Source: Felis catus (lineage: Eukaryota). From it: 64,000 nt of DNA. The stretch's first letter is position 1. Every line of letters starts with the position of its first letter. The notes beneath the pieces are model-generated. The model ran no database searches and was not told the DNA's origin. It saw only the letters and a program-made list of their open reading frames with translations. Below are positions 1 through 13,009 of this stretch, one piece after another. The stretch is taken from assembly GCF_018350175.1 (NCBI RefSeq), contig NC_058368.1:74898001-74962000 (forward strand), written 5' to 3'. Both the position numbers and the translations under genes were made by a program.

Positions 1-910
1 ACTACATCCCCATTTCTGTCATCATGGCTGCTGCAGCGTATCACTAGATTCTTCTTTGACATCCTAGGCAGAAGTGCCTGCATGGCTGAGCTTAAGTCGT
101 CGTCTGGCGCCTTTTCTCATGGGAGCTGGCTCTGCACCCCCAAATACTCAAAGTAGGGAAGTTCTCCAGTGAAGGAACAGGACTCCAAGTCCAGGGACAG
201 AATACTAATAATACAACAACTACTACTAATAATAATGGTAATAATACTAAACATCTATCTCCTCATTCACACATTCGCTGTAAGCAGACTTAAGCCAGAT
301 GGAGATTTCTTCTCCAACATGTCTGAACCCTGTCAAGCCCCTTAAAGGGAAGGAGGGGCTGCTGCAATGAAAATTTTGAGTCTTCATTGGCTTTAAACAG
401 AAAATGTCCTTCATTTCCCTACCACTGTCATTATCAGACATTTGGGGGTAAAACAGAACTTGCAATGACTTTTTTGAGTGATCCTTATGCATCATTTTGT
501 AGCTTCCATTTTGTTTTCTCTGTTCTCTGACTTTTTGTATTAAATAGGCTAAAAATGTGGCAACCAATTGATAATGATTTTATTAAAAATGTCTCGATTC
601 TTTTAGATCTTCAGGGAGTGGGAATGATGGGGAGTGGGCGAGAGAGAATACGTATTTATCTCCATGAGTGTTACTGCTTTTAAAAGAAACAAAAATTTTA
701 AAAAAATGATCCAATTTTGTATTTATATTATTTAATTTAAATTATATTCATCTATGTTATATTATGTATTTATATTTATGCTAGGTAGGTGGATTTGGAG
801 ACGTTTTCTCACGCAAGAAATATGCAATAAATACATTATTTTGGTTGCCATCAGAAAGTTTGGTAAATTACTATTTGGTTGACATTTTCAAAGGGGTTAT
901 GAAATATTTT

Positions 911-1120
911 TTCTTTTTTTAATGTTTATTTATTTATTTTGAGGAAGAAAAGAGCATGCACCAGTGGGGAGGGGCAGAAAGAGGGAAAGAGAATCCCAAG
1001 CAGGCTTCCTGCTGTGAGTCCGGAGCCTGATGCAGGGCTCGATCCCACAAACTTCAGGACCATGACCTGAGATGAAATCAAGAGTGGAAGGCTTCACCAA
1101 CTGAGTCACCCAGGTGCCCC
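911..1120 (-). mobile_element. Can-SINE (older carnivore subfamily)
   Basis: Poly-T/TTTATTTA tail on the left, GA-rich tract, ends ...ctgagtcacccaggtgcccc (reverse complement of the tRNA-derived head). Confidence 0.93.
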
Positions 1121-1459
1121 AGAATTTTTTTCTAATAATACTAGACTAAATCATTTATGATTTTATATTGTCAGGCCTGAAAGAACCAACAATCTATAAA
1201 TATTAAGCTCTAGAGTTAAGAAATAATTTATACTTTTATTCTTCAAAATAAAGAAAATATTTTACTATATAATATTTATATTTAAATTTGAACTCAACCA
1301 CCTTAATCCTGAAAATGGTGACAGTATAGGTTTGGTAAAATTCAAACACCTAAATTTGCAACGATGACAGTCAACCAGATGAAATTATGCCATTCTCTAA
1401 AATCCAAATCAAATTACCTGAAAGACGAAAAAAAAAAAGCTTTAATAATAACTTTACTG

Positions 1460-2010
1460 AGACTTCCAATTTCAGCTCTGATGTGTGAAGAGATTGACCT
1501 GACCTTATAACAAAGAAAAGAAGCTGCAAAACTCTGAGGTGACCTTTCTTGGTCTATCAAAGGGGTGAGTTCCGAGGGCAAGCCACTACTCTAGACTCTG
1601 AATAAACGGTGAATCCAGCATCCCAGCTGGAGTTGAAGTTGCCCTGGAGTGATAAACTGGTAGGAACATTTCAGTGGCACTTGTGACTCATTTCTGGAGG
1701 CTAAATGTCATCTGACATGAAGAGGGTCTCTTTGAGGGACCCCTATATTTGCACGAGTTTTACATTCTGGGATCCCACCAGGCGCTTGTGGTTAAGAGCC
1801 AAGAGAGATCCCATCAGTGTTCTGCCATTAAATGTGAGAAGGAACCAGTAGGAAATATGCCCCGAATAGTCTCCAAGACAAAGGACAGTCCTCTAGGAGA
1901 AACACTAGTTGTGCCTTATGTCTTCAGGGAAGGGTGTTCCCTCTCCTAGCCTCCTACCCATCACCAGCACCCTTTAGCCTTTTTAGCTCACCTAAGGGAG
2001 GAAGGAAGTA
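1460..2010 (+). mobile_element. Degraded ancient L1 (L1M-type) 5' region fragment
   Basis: Begins gacttccaatttcagctctgatgtg, resembling old L1M 5' ends; recalled similarity only. Confidence 0.4.
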
Positions 2011-2549
2011 CAAGCAATGACCCTTGAACAGAAAACATGCGTCCATCTCATCAAAAATGGCTCCAGTAGACAGCATGAACAATAATGTTACTTAGACCTA
2101 GGTTTATAGTAAGTAATAGTTTCCTGATTAAAGTAACCACTACATTTGATCTTAACATCTCCAAAAGATATATTTGTAGTGAGAACATAAAATACTTTCA
2201 ACTGTTCATTTAAAAAGAGAGAGAGAGAGATTTGAAACAAATCCAAATTTTCTTTTTCGCAAATTCCACTTGTAGAGCCATCTGAGACAGAGTCACGTTT
2301 CTTGTCTAGGTCCCAAAATTCATGGAGGTGTTTGCAGTGAAGGTTTTTCTGTGGAGCAGAAGAGTATATCTGTAGGAAAGTCAAGACATTCTAATTCTAG
2401 GCTTAGTGGGGACTTTAGTATCCATAAAATACACATTCTGCACGTGTTGATGTGGGTAGTGATTTACCCTGCTAGAAGAGTCCATAGTGAAATGCACCTT
2501 CTCTTTGAGACTCTGGAGAAGAATGTAAATGCTAATTTTCTTACAAAAA

Positions 2550-2790
2550 TAACAGCTTCACTTTATTGGAGCTTGCCCTGTGCTGGTCCCTGTGCTGAGT
2601 CCTGAGCACATTCCATGCACAATTTTATAAAAACTTCACAAAATACACATGAGGCATATACAAGTTTTATCTCCAATTCACAGGTGAGAAAGCCATCTCA
2701 TTTACACTGATTGTAAAGGAATATCCTGCTTTAGGAGGAGGAGCCCAGGCTCAGCCCTGGTCTTTGGACATACTCAAAACTTATGTAAGT
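2550..2790 (-). mobile_element. MIR SINE relic
   Basis: aataacagcttcactttattggagc...ttttatctccaattcacaggtgagaaa resembles the MIR core. Confidence 0.55.
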
Positions 2791-3249
2791 AAAATAATGC
2801 AACCCAGGAAAGAATTTAGAAAAGTCTCTGCATTGATTTGAGCTTGGTAGAAACAAGGTATGTGTAACTTTGAATTTGCCTGCTAATTAGAATTTGGGCA
2901 ATTTTACAAGTAGAGAGACATTTTTAGGTCTAGGATTCTCATTATGAATTGCTTACAATTCATATCCCAATGATTTTACATACAAAGAGAAGCCGTCTAT
3001 TGATCAAATGAAAATAACCCAGAGATGCATTTTAATTACAAAAGCTGATTGTTAATATTGGAATTTTAATGGACTTCTGGACTGCTGAAAAAAATAATCA
3101 GAAAGATTTACACTCTTTTAATGTAACTGGATATGATGGAAGTATAGCCCTCCTTAGGATGCAGGGGTGTAAAAACCAGTGTTTTACAATTGATAAGAAG
3201 GTTATAGAAACTACAAAACAGGATAACATTCTTTCCAAGACGAAAATGT

Positions 3250-3252
<3 letters not shown>

Positions 3253-3281
<29 letters not shown>
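3253..3281. repeat. (TG)n microsatellite
   Basis: Seen directly. Confidence 0.97.
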
Positions 3282-3283
<2 letters not shown>

Positions 3284-3739
3284 TTAGATATTCCTAATTC
3301 TGATTTATAGTATTAATGGTAGTAGAAAGAAATGTAGTTCTTCTCTTAGCAGCAAAGTTAATCTACCCATAAATATCTAATATCAGTTTTCAATATCTTA
3401 AGAATCACACTAAAATATAATTTAAACCTGTCTCCCGTTTTGAGCGAGTGGAATTAATTGCCCTGTGGCAGTTTTAAGAAGAGCTGGCTAGATTTCTAGA
3501 TGGGTGAATTTGAAAAGACAGGGACTCTGTACTTAATATTGTATTCGCAAAATCTGTATTGCATTAAAATAAAATCTGTCCAATGGCCAAGCACATTTTT
3601 AAAAATGCTTTAAATATTTATTGTTACCTCCCGAAAGATCACAGGCACATAAAGAAATTTTAATTAAAAATCTTACAAGTCCTCTCCTGGCCTCCATTTT
3701 GTTACTTGCTGTCTACAGCAAGGCTGTGTTGTCTCTCAA

Positions 3740-3768
3740 CCCCCCACCCCCACCCCCACCCCCACCCC
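3740..3768 (-). repeat. (CCCCCA)n tract, potential G-quadruplex on minus strand
   Basis: Five C-runs separated by single A. Confidence 0.7.
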
Positions 3769-4269
3769 TGCATTGCCTCTCTAAAGCACAACATTGCTGG
3801 CTTTTACGCTTATCACCGGTTCCACTTTCCATACGTTTTATTTTCCAGGGGTAATTCTCTGCCTTTTCCAACAAAATCAATCAATGTGTGTTTGGCTTCC
3901 TTAATTTCCACCCTTCCAACCTCCCTTTGCCCCAGTTTGGCCAATGCACACATAACACCCTGAATAAAACTGGCAAAAATAGAATTATCTTTAATGGGGA
4001 ATGAAAGAGAGAGGCTATGAAACTCATATGTGAATGTTTTTCCTGTCACACTAGATTTCATTTTCAAACCTTTGTAGCGCTGCCCTCTTAAATGGCTGAC
4101 TTGGTGTCTGTCTGCCTTCTGGGCCAAAACACGGAGCCCTGAAAAGTCAGGGCCTTGCATCATGTGCACACACAGCAGGGCTCTCCCCAACCACAGGACT
4201 GAGAATGGAAGTTTCCTTCCATTTGAAGTTTCTGTTAAACTGAGCTCAGGTACTCTCGTAAGTCCTTAC

Positions 4270-4409
4270 TTAGTCTTGATTCCCACTACGCCATAGAGAA
4301 GGGAATTAATTCGACTATCTGCGTTTCATAACAAAACCGGTGGGCTAGAGTTTGCTCAGTTGAAAGTTATCATCTCTTTTTGCTTGTTTCCATTAACCTC
4401 GACTTTTCT
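4270..4409 (-). other. Candidate non-coding (5'UTR-like) exon of an unidentified minus-strand gene
   Basis: Minus-strand acceptor tttttttctgtatttag|AGAAAAG and donor GACTAA|gtaagg; 140 nt; stops in all three frames; repeat-free surroundings. Confidence 0.4.
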
Positions 4410-4572
4410 CTAAATACAGAAAAAAACATGGCGTGGATTTCTCTTACAGTCCAGCAGATCGGGCCTCATACCGTCGGTTCTCCTCTTACTTGCTGTTTTA
4501 TGCTATGTGTGCAATCTCCAAGAGATGGAGGTTCTCGGAGAGGGTTGAGCAGAGGCATATGGACCCACTTAC

Positions 4573-4614
4573 GAAGTTTCACACTAAATTCGTTCAGTGC
4601 TTGATCTTTCATTT
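4573..4614 (-). other. Candidate small exon or first-exon end (could encode MKDQALNEFSVKL)
   Basis: Donor CTTC|gtaagt at 4573/4572; ATG at 4612; possible acceptor cattacag just upstream. Confidence 0.3.
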
Positions 4615-5855
4615 CTGTAATGACATTTTAAAAAAAAATTTTTTTGTCACCAACAGAATCACGGACTACAGTTGACTGCTTTTATTGCTTTTAATTAAAG
4701 CCTAAAATAGAAAGTGTCTATTAATCAGCGTGTGAAGCCATTCGGGGGGGGGGGAGAGCTTTATAGACACCTTACAAGATGGATAGTAGTTATGTAAAGT
4801 GTCCCACCTTTGTCATCTTGGCAGGAAGACAGCCGTTTAGGTTAATTATATCACGGAGAAACACCTGTAATCTGGAAATTTGGAACGCCACACCTATTTT
4901 GACAGGCCAGCTACCTTCTTTTTTTCTTTTTTAAAGGAGCAAAAGATGTATTTAAAAATTCATCATTTTACGATCACCGTATTCATTTCACAGCACAGTC
5001 GGAGAGAGAATGGGGAATGATTTTTGCGTGTGTGCTTCTTAAATCGGGATATAATCAGCTAATCACCGACAATGAATTGAACAGGTCGACTGTTCTCTCC
5101 TCCTCCTTCTCCTAATGTATTTTAAATTGGCTTGATTTTTTTTTCACATTTCCCAATTCAGATTTACAGAATAGGAGCTTCTGATGAGAAAACTCTCAGC
5201 AACCTGCTCCCTTAGGTTTCGGAGATGGAGAGAAATGAGCCATTTTCCCTGGTCTTTCTTTTTATGGGCTGGAAAGTCTTTTCAAATTCAATTTCCATGT
5301 AATTCAGGGAAGATACATCACAGTTCGTTGGGATGATGAGAGCGCCCAATCTCGCCAATATACATAGTTGTGTGGATTGAGGTGAAAATATTGAATTACA
5401 ATTCAGTGAAATTTATCTGAATCCCTTGAGAGGCTCCACAGGGCTCAACTCATTTTCAGTTGTTCCAGTGAAACAGGGCGACTGGGGCAGGTGGTAGATT
5501 AGCTTTCCAAGTTGTATACTTCTAATAATAGCATAAACAAACGCATCCCAGAGAGAGATGTGTGTGTCATTCTTCAGTGAAAATCACTACTCTTTAGAAA
5601 TGTGGACAGCAAGAGTCTCTGGTCACACTCTGTGTGGGTGGGCGGGCGGGGTGGCCTGCTTGTTGGCCTAAAGAACTCAGGAATCCAAAGACCCAGCATC
5701 AAAATGTGAAACTGCCGGTGTCTGTAGAACCTACGGATTTCTGTGCCTTTCATCCCTTTTTGCTTTGTCATGTATGTCCTCGTTGAAATACATTCTCCAA
5801 AATTCCATTCTGCCTGTCAAATCCATCAAATCATTTTGATGACTGTTTTTACTAT

Positions 5856-6012
5856 TTCTTCTTCTTCTTCTTCTTCTTCTTCTTCTTCTTCTTCTTCTTC
5901 TCCTTCGGCCCCTCTTTCTCTTCCCCTTCTCCATCTTCTTCACCTTCTTCTACAACTCCTCCTTGTCCCCCTTCTTCTCCTCTTTCTTCTCCTCCTTCTT
6001 CTTCTTTCTTCT
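5856..6012. repeat. (TTC)n and degenerate CT-rich low-complexity tract
   Basis: Seen directly; explains the poly-K/R/S/L ORFs at 5731-6112. Confidence 0.97.
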
Positions 6013-6029
6013 CTCTCTTACTGGACCCC

Positions 6030-6552
6030 ATCTCCAGCACCCATAGGCCATCAAGAGTTGTGAGAAGTGGGCTCCCCATGACAAAGAAGTAGGAAGACTG
6101 TGTATGAGACATGATGTTTAGGAATAGCCTCCAGCCTCACAGTGAGAGCCAGACTAGTCGTCACCACTTTGAAATCCCTCTGCACCCTTGCACCACCTTG
6201 CCTGAGCTTAGCCACCCCCAGGACGCCCCCTGCAGTTAGGATGTACTCCTTGTCCTCTGCCAACCACCGTCTTGCAACTTACTCTTCCCAGTGGAACATG
6301 ACACTATCACATCTATGCCAGGATTTTAATGTAGTTTGCTCTTGTCTTCTGCCATACAAGTTAATGCCCAGGATGGATGCTCCTCTTTTAATCTGGGTCA
6401 ATGAAAGAGAAGAATTAGGGAACTGAATCACTGCATGAAGGGCAGACCCGGGCAACTCACAACTACACATAGGGTACGAGAGACATGAAGTCTGCTTCTT
6501 GTAAAACTCTGAGATTTGGGGGTTGTTCATTAGCGCCTAAGCTGACTATTAC
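6030..6552 (+). mobile_element. MaLR (MLT1-type) solo LTR relic
   Basis: 3' end ttgtaaaactctgagatttgggggttgtt...agctgactattaca resembles an MLT1 terminus. Confidence 0.6.
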
Positions 6553-7028
6553 AGGTCTGTGTTTTCCACAGGGTTTTCCTTATTAAATTTGTCATATCTC
6601 TATCCATGGCCCTGGTAGTGTCCAAAAGATATCAATGATCCGGGAACTCATCAGGATATATGATCTTTTTAGCCCATTGCCCAAGCGATCTAAACCCACC
6701 CCTAGTCACTGGAAATGCGCAGTCAAAATATGAAGTCATCAGTTTCACGGCAACTTGTGACAGCAGTGACGGTCACATCACAGAGTGCCCCGGAGTGGGG
6801 ACCTGTGTGTTTAGTTCTCATTTCAAGGCAATGGGTCATTAGGCAATGGGTTCCTCTTTGAAGTTGGGCTCAACTCCTATTTTCTCTCAGTTTCGTTACT
6901 TCTTGCTCATAAATTTTTGAAACATTTGAGAAGAAATGGGTCATAGAGATCACCTTATCTGGCACCCAAACTACCCAAACATCCATGCATCTCGCCTCCC
7001 CAGCGGTCACCTCCTAAATAAACAAGGA

Positions 7029-7250
7029 GGGGCGCCTGGGTGGCGCAGTCGGTTAAGCGTCCGACTTCAGCCAGGTCACGATCTCGCGGTCCGGGAGTTC
7101 GAGCCCCGCGTCGGGCTCTGGGTTGATGGCTCAGAGCCTGGAGCCTGTTTCCGATTCTGTGTCTCCCTCTCTCTCTGCCCCTCCCCCGTTCATGCTCTGT
7201 CTCTCTCTGTCCCAAAAATAAATAAACGTTGAAAAAAAAAAATAAAAAAA
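7029..7250 (+). mobile_element. Young feline Can-SINE (SINEC_Fc-type)
   Basis: CpG-rich head ggggcgcctgggtggcgcagtcgg, Pol III A/B boxes, CT tract, A tail; perfect TSD aaataaacaagga at 7016-7028 and 7251-7263. Confidence 0.97.
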
Positions 7251-7820
7251 AAATAAACAAGGAAGTGGAAACCTGGCAAGTTATAGTGGACCAAGTTAGG
7301 CATGAAAGTGATAGCAGAGGCAAGATTAAGATTATGTCTTACCATGAGTTATGTGGACCAATCTCCTCCCCCCCCCCCCCACCGCTATAATTCTTGCTTC
7401 TTTAAAACAGTTCACACATCAACATCACCTGCAACGTTCTTTTAAAAATATGCCTACCTGGGCATCATCTGATTCATTTTGTCCAATTGTATACACTGCC
7501 TCTTCATGAAAGCCGCTGTGATATGAAATGAGGCGTTACTGAATGAACCAGACTCTCTTTGTTATTCGTTATTGACGTAACCACTGCCCAGGCTCTCGAT
7601 ATTACCAACATGGAGTTTGCTGCTTCTTACAGGATGTAATTTCAGGAAAAATCGTGCACAGACCTGGCATCAAACCATCACGCCCCCACAACATGCCATC
7701 ATATGCAACATTTCTGGTATTTTATTCATGTTTCTTGCTTCAGATATGTTACACATCTTGCTTAAATATCTTCTGTGCCCTCTATTAGTCAACTAATTAA
7801 TTAGATTCAACAAGATTTTA

Positions 7821-8049
7821 TTTTATTTTTTTTTAATTTTTTTTTCAACGTTTATTTATTTTTTGGGACAGAGAGAGACAGAGCGTGAACGGGGGAGGGG
7901 CAGAGAGAGAGGGAGACACAGAATCGGAAACAGGCTCCAGGCTCTGAGCCATCAGCCCAGAGCCCGACGCGGGGCTCGAACTCACTGACCGCGATATCGT
8001 GACCTGGCTGAAGTCGGATGCTTAACCGACTGCGCCACCCAGGCGCCCC
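7821..8049 (-). mobile_element. Young feline Can-SINE
   Basis: Reverse-complement consensus; perfect TSD tcaacaagatttta at 7807-7820 and 8050-8063. Confidence 0.97.
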
Positions 8050-8841
8050 TCAACAAGATTTTATAGACTGACCGAATGCCAGTTTCTTTCCTAGGGATGG
8101 CCGCTGCATAGATATGGGTGAATAAGTCCACTGCCTTCCCTCAAGGAGCAGAAAAACACAAAAACTTGTTTGTAGGTTGTGTGTACTCCATCTCCTTCTC
8201 CCCGGAGGGTTTTCCATGCGGAAGCCTGGCAGCCAGGACAGGTGCAGTAAGGAAAGGCCCCCAGAACATTTACCTCCTTCACAGTCACTAACTAGGGTTA
8301 GCAGGTTCAGGCCAGCGCAGCTGACCTCCTGAGAAGTTTCTAGGCATGTATCCTCAATGTTCCTGTGAGCCATGTCCAACCACGCAAGCCCTTTCTCCTT
8401 CTCTCGGTCTTAGTTTTTACTTCTGCGCAGTCCTCTGCCTAACCAATTCTTGGTACTCTGTGAGAGGACCTATCTAGACAACCAAGTACTTCTTTGATAC
8501 TGTTTACCTCACCTGGGTGGCTCCCCTGCCTTCAAGACCATCCTTGTGAGGACAAAGACTGTCTCTCAGGAGCAGGACATGTACATCTCGTGTGAACTGT
8601 GGCCACTGTGGTATTTGAGCAAACTAGCCACATGCTCGGTTCACTAGGGTGCTGGTTATTGGCAGGACTTTAGATATCCTGCAGTCCCTGCGAGCCTTTG
8701 CTTTTTCTCATACCTGACATCTTGATGACTGGTGTACGTTTTTATGAGTTTTCTCATTTCACATATTCTAGTTTTCCTCAGGGAATGGGAGAGAAAGGTA
8801 ACCCTGATGTACCTTAATTTCCTAAGGTAATAGATTATCTT

Positions 8842-9064
8842 GGGGTACGCAGATGGCTCAGTCAGTTAAGCATCTGGCTTCAGCTCAGGTCATGATCTCA
8901 TGGTTCGTGGGTTTGAGCCCCGCATTGGGCTCTGTGCTGACAGCTCAGAGTCTGGAGGCTGCTTTGGAGTCTGTGTCTTCCTCTCTCTCTGCCCCTGCCC
9001 CTACTCATGCTCTGTTTCCCTCTCTCTCTCTTAAAAAGAAACATTAAAAAATATTTTTAAAAAC
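8842..9064 (+). mobile_element. Can-SINE
   Basis: Head, CT tract and A tail; TSD gtaatagatta. Confidence 0.93.
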
Positions 9065-9280
9065 TGTAATAGATTACCTTTTTAACCATTATTACCAGGT
9101 GTTCCCAACATGTCTTTCAAAATCTTTCAATGGGAAAAACCCACTGCTGGTGTATGAGATATTCTTCTGGCCCTGATCACGAAGAAGGAAAAGTAATCAG
9201 TGGAACTACATCTGATTTTATCAGATAGAGCAGGTCAGTCATTGCCTAGCAGGACTCCAAGACAAGGGGGCAGAGTAGAG

Positions 9281-9482
9281 GGGGCGCCTGGGTGGCTCAG
9301 TTGGTTAAACGTCTGACTCTTGATTTGGACTCAAGTCATGATCTCAGGGTCATAGAATTGAGACCCACATCGGACTCCATGATAAGCATGGGGTCTGCAT
9401 AAAATTCTTTCTCTCCCATTCTCTCTGCACCTTCCGCACTCTCTCTCAAAGAAAAACAAATTTTCAAAAAAAGTTTAAAAAA
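9281..9482 (+). mobile_element. Can-SINE (older subfamily)
   Basis: ggggcgcctgggtggctcag head; degenerate TSD aagacaagggg(g)ca. Confidence 0.92.
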
Positions 9483-10500
9483 AGACAAGGGGCACAGTGG
9501 AGGCTAAGGATTAGAGAGATATAGAAAAATAGTGTTAAGAGAGTGACGAGTTTATGGTGGGAGGGGGTGGGGTGAACTGATCATCCTCGTGTATTGGTCA
9601 GAATGAACAGATGAACAGTCATAGATGTTAGATTTTCACAGAACAGTTTCTTTTCTTGTCCAGTTGAATCACCATGTAAATTACCTACTGCTTCTTGTGT
9701 CCTGATATAGGGACACAGAGATCTAGATATAGACATAATGGTGGTTTTTTTCCCTCCTTTTGCTAAAGAATAATGACAATCAGTTGTGGATAATCTGTGG
9801 ATGAGCACTGGGGTAACTGTTTGGACGGAATACTCAGGATGAGGCAATAAGGTATTAAAGGCCAACATCTAAACATAAATATCTAGACAAAGATCCAAAT
9901 GACATATCCGGTTTGTTAATGAAAATACTTAGCACATGCAGGAGAAAACTATTTGTAAACTAGGTCTTGCCTACATAAATCTCTCCTGAATGAAGCCCTG
10001 CAGTCAATCATTTCTAAATTCTTTAAGTCAGTCTGTTGATTGGGAAATTAAGCTCAATTTGGTCACACCAGTCTATGCATCTCAAGGCTTTATTTTTACT
10101 AGCAAAATGCAGGTAATGCCCCTCAAATCAAAGCTATTCCCTTCTCAAACAATGGCAGAGAGGAGTTGTTCTTTTTTTATTATACCAAACTCAAAACGGG
10201 TGTTTGAAAACCCAGAGTGGTCATTCATTTGCCAATAAGACCAGAGTCCTTGCAGGGATTGTGCTCAATGAGAAAACTGGGAAGTATATGTCTGTATTTG
10301 CTGTGTCCCCCTCTTTTATTTTACAACATATTTCTCTTATAAATATCTTTCATTTCCTTTGATATATTTTGGACCATTTCAAAGGGAACATTATTACCTT
10401 GGTAAGTCCATGAAACAAGAAATAGAATGACCAGTAGAATTGACCTGGTGAATGAGTCTGATACACCAATATCTACAAGTGTCTTAGTCATAGATATGCT

Positions 10501-10640
10501 ATTCATTCATTCATTCATTCATTCATTCATTCATTCACCTGTCCACAGAATTGGCTTACTAAGTGCTAATTACTGTTCTAGACACTGGGGATGTTAATTT
10601 GAACACAACTCCTGCCCCCATGTTACTTGTGTAAGCTATG
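10501..10640 (-). mobile_element. L2 3' end with (TTCA)n tail
   Basis: (attc)n followed by ...ttactaagtgc...tgttctagacactggggat, typical of an L2 terminus. Confidence 0.6.
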
Positions 10641-11169
10641 ATACCCTAAAAAGATAAAGATTAAAGACATTGTCATGTTGTTTTAGAGCCCTGGGAGAGT
10701 ATGCCTATGTATTGTAAATAAATAATATGACATTTATTAAGGAAACTAAATGTACCCCAATCACGGTACTAAATGCCGGAGAGAAAACGATGGCACATTA
10801 AGGTGCTATGCTCAAAAGGGCTTACAATCTATTCAGTTTAACAAACTGTAATCATAGTCCAATGTGGTGGGCACAGTAATTCACCCATGTGTGTGCTCAG
10901 TCCAGAGGCAGCATAAAGCGAGGAAGAAACACAGAGGGTGTTAAGGGTAGAGTCTGTTTCAGGGAAGGCTTTTCAGAAATAGACTTTTTAACATTTGAAG
11001 GATTGCTTTCCTTTAAAAAAAAATAATTATGTAATATATCTTCCTAGCTGCAACATCACAAGCAACGAACGAGTCAATTTAGAAGAATATAACTTTCACC
11101 CTGCCGCCCGCTCTCATGCATAGAATTGAACTTATAAACCAAATCTGAAGAAAGTATAATACTGCTTCC

Positions 11170-11310
11170 TCAGACACAGTCTGAGGTGTCGTTAATATTC
11201 AGACATCTGGGTCCAGCACAGACTTGCTGAACACCTGGTTGCGAGAGCTTGGAATCTGCATTTCAAACAAGTGTCCTATTTGTAAGCACAGTGGAGTCTA
11301 CAACCCCTTG
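11170..11310. mobile_element. MER5-like hAT-Charlie DNA transposon relic
   Basis: ttcagacatctgggtcc...cagacttgctgaa...ggaatctgcatttcaaacaag motif. Confidence 0.5.
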
Positions 11311-12113
11311 TCTTCCGGTTTTAGTAAGATGATCTGGGCAAAGGAGTTACATAGCTGCATTGGGGTAGAGAGTGGTTAAGAAGATAGACGTTCTGTGAGC
11401 TCACTTGAGTTCGGTATTTGGACGGCAGACATGCTTTGGGGAGGCAGGAGACGGTAGGGAGAAAAGAGAATGAAGCCAGCTTGCATTCTGACATCTTAGG
11501 GAGATAAATCTGGATGTTTTACGGAGCACAAATGAAGTGATTCTCTAAGTGTGAACGATAAAGAGCACCCTCAAGCGGTCCAGGGGAGAGAGAGGACGGT
11601 CTGACCCAGGGCAAAATAGGTTCCAGGCACATCACCTCCTTGACATGTCACCAGGCCACAAAAAGTTGCCTCGGCTGGAAATTGGCTGCTGGCACATCCC
11701 AACTCAAATGAAAGTGTCAGAAAGCATTTAAAATTTTGGTATATGGACTGTTCTTGCAAGTCTTCTCTTCATCTACTTTTCAAAGCTTAATTCATTGCTT
11801 CAAATGGCATTTTCAAAAGGTAGAAAGGGAATTATCAACCAGTAACTGTAAAATAGGTTTTTTCTTGGAAATAAGCAACTAGCATGTAGTTTCCTTTCCC
11901 TCGCTGGTTCTCTCAGTAGAGAGAGATGTTATAGTTGTAATTCGGTGTCTGGAACGTGCATTTAATAATGATAACAGGTGCATATGTATTCCATACTTAT
12001 ATTTTTGAAAATATTATAGTATCTGCTAATATATATCAAGCTCTTTGGGCATAGAGACGTGTCTAATTTGGTATAAACTGGGTCAGTGTCCCTTTCACTT
12101 TAGACAGATTTCT

Positions 12114-12328
12114 TTTTTTTTTTTTAACGTTTATTTATTTTTGAGACAGAGAGAGACAGAGTATGAATGGGGGAGGGTCAGAGAGAGAGGGAGACACAGA
12201 ATCGGAAGCAGGCTCCAGGCTCCGAGCCGTCGGCACAGAGCCCGACGCGGGGCTCAAACTCACGGACCGGGAGATCGTGACCTGAGCCGAAGTCAGACGC
12301 TTAACCGACTGAGCCACCCAGGCGCCCC
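12114..12328 (-). mobile_element. Feline Can-SINE
   Basis: Perfect TSD tagacagatttct at 12101-12113 and 12329-12341. Confidence 0.97.
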
Positions 12329-13009
12329 TAGACAGATTTCTAACTATAGTCTCCTGACTTCCCTTTTCTTCAAGCATTTACTTTTGAAGACTTGCAATTG
12401 CACACACTTCTCTGTCCCTCTGAGATGTGGATCTTCTACAGCCCAAGGATGTCTTTCTCAAGAACTTGGAGCCACCTCTTTGAAATGTCCTCATCAAGAA
12501 TGATGGTGCCGCCAGCTCCCAGACTCTGTGGGTTCCAAACGTCCATAAGCTCCAGTCCGCAAACATAGCTCGCCTCTCACATCAACCAACCTTCCCTGAT
12601 ATCTTCCAGGACTTGTTCAGGAGATCAGCCCAGAATTTAAAACTCTCTCTCCTTTTATGTCAGTGACGCTGAGTTTGTTCCTTTTCTTCTATTCCACTAA
12701 TCTTGAGTAAACCTTCCTTGCCTATGTAATTGCTCTGGGGCAATTTTTCTTGTTACAATTATGTGTGAGCACGTAGTAACAGGTACTGTAGCTAACTCAC
12801 ACAAACCCCTTACGAAAAGAAACACAGGTCACTAGTTCATCTGTTTTAGAAAGGAGAAGAAATTGCACCTCAGAATCGTATTTTTCATGTTTTTTGAATT
12901 GCAACCCATTCATTCATTCATCATCCATTGAACATTTATAGGAAATGCTATCAGGGGAAACTCAGTATACCACACACAAATGGAAATCAGTAATAAGAAT
13001 ATTTGTTCT

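Noticed and set aside
5731..6112. ORFs with poly-K/R/E/S/L runs
   Set aside because: They are translations of a (TTC)n tract; the same applies to 44908-45174.
7029..7110. tRNA-like sequences with A and B boxes
   Set aside because: They are tRNA-derived SINE heads followed by a CT tract, A tail and TSD, not tRNA genes.
6936..7323. Recurrent ORF family (MAQSVKRPTSAQV..., GAPGWRSRLSV..., ETEHERGRGRE...)
   Set aside because: These are reading frames through Can-SINEs, not a gene family.
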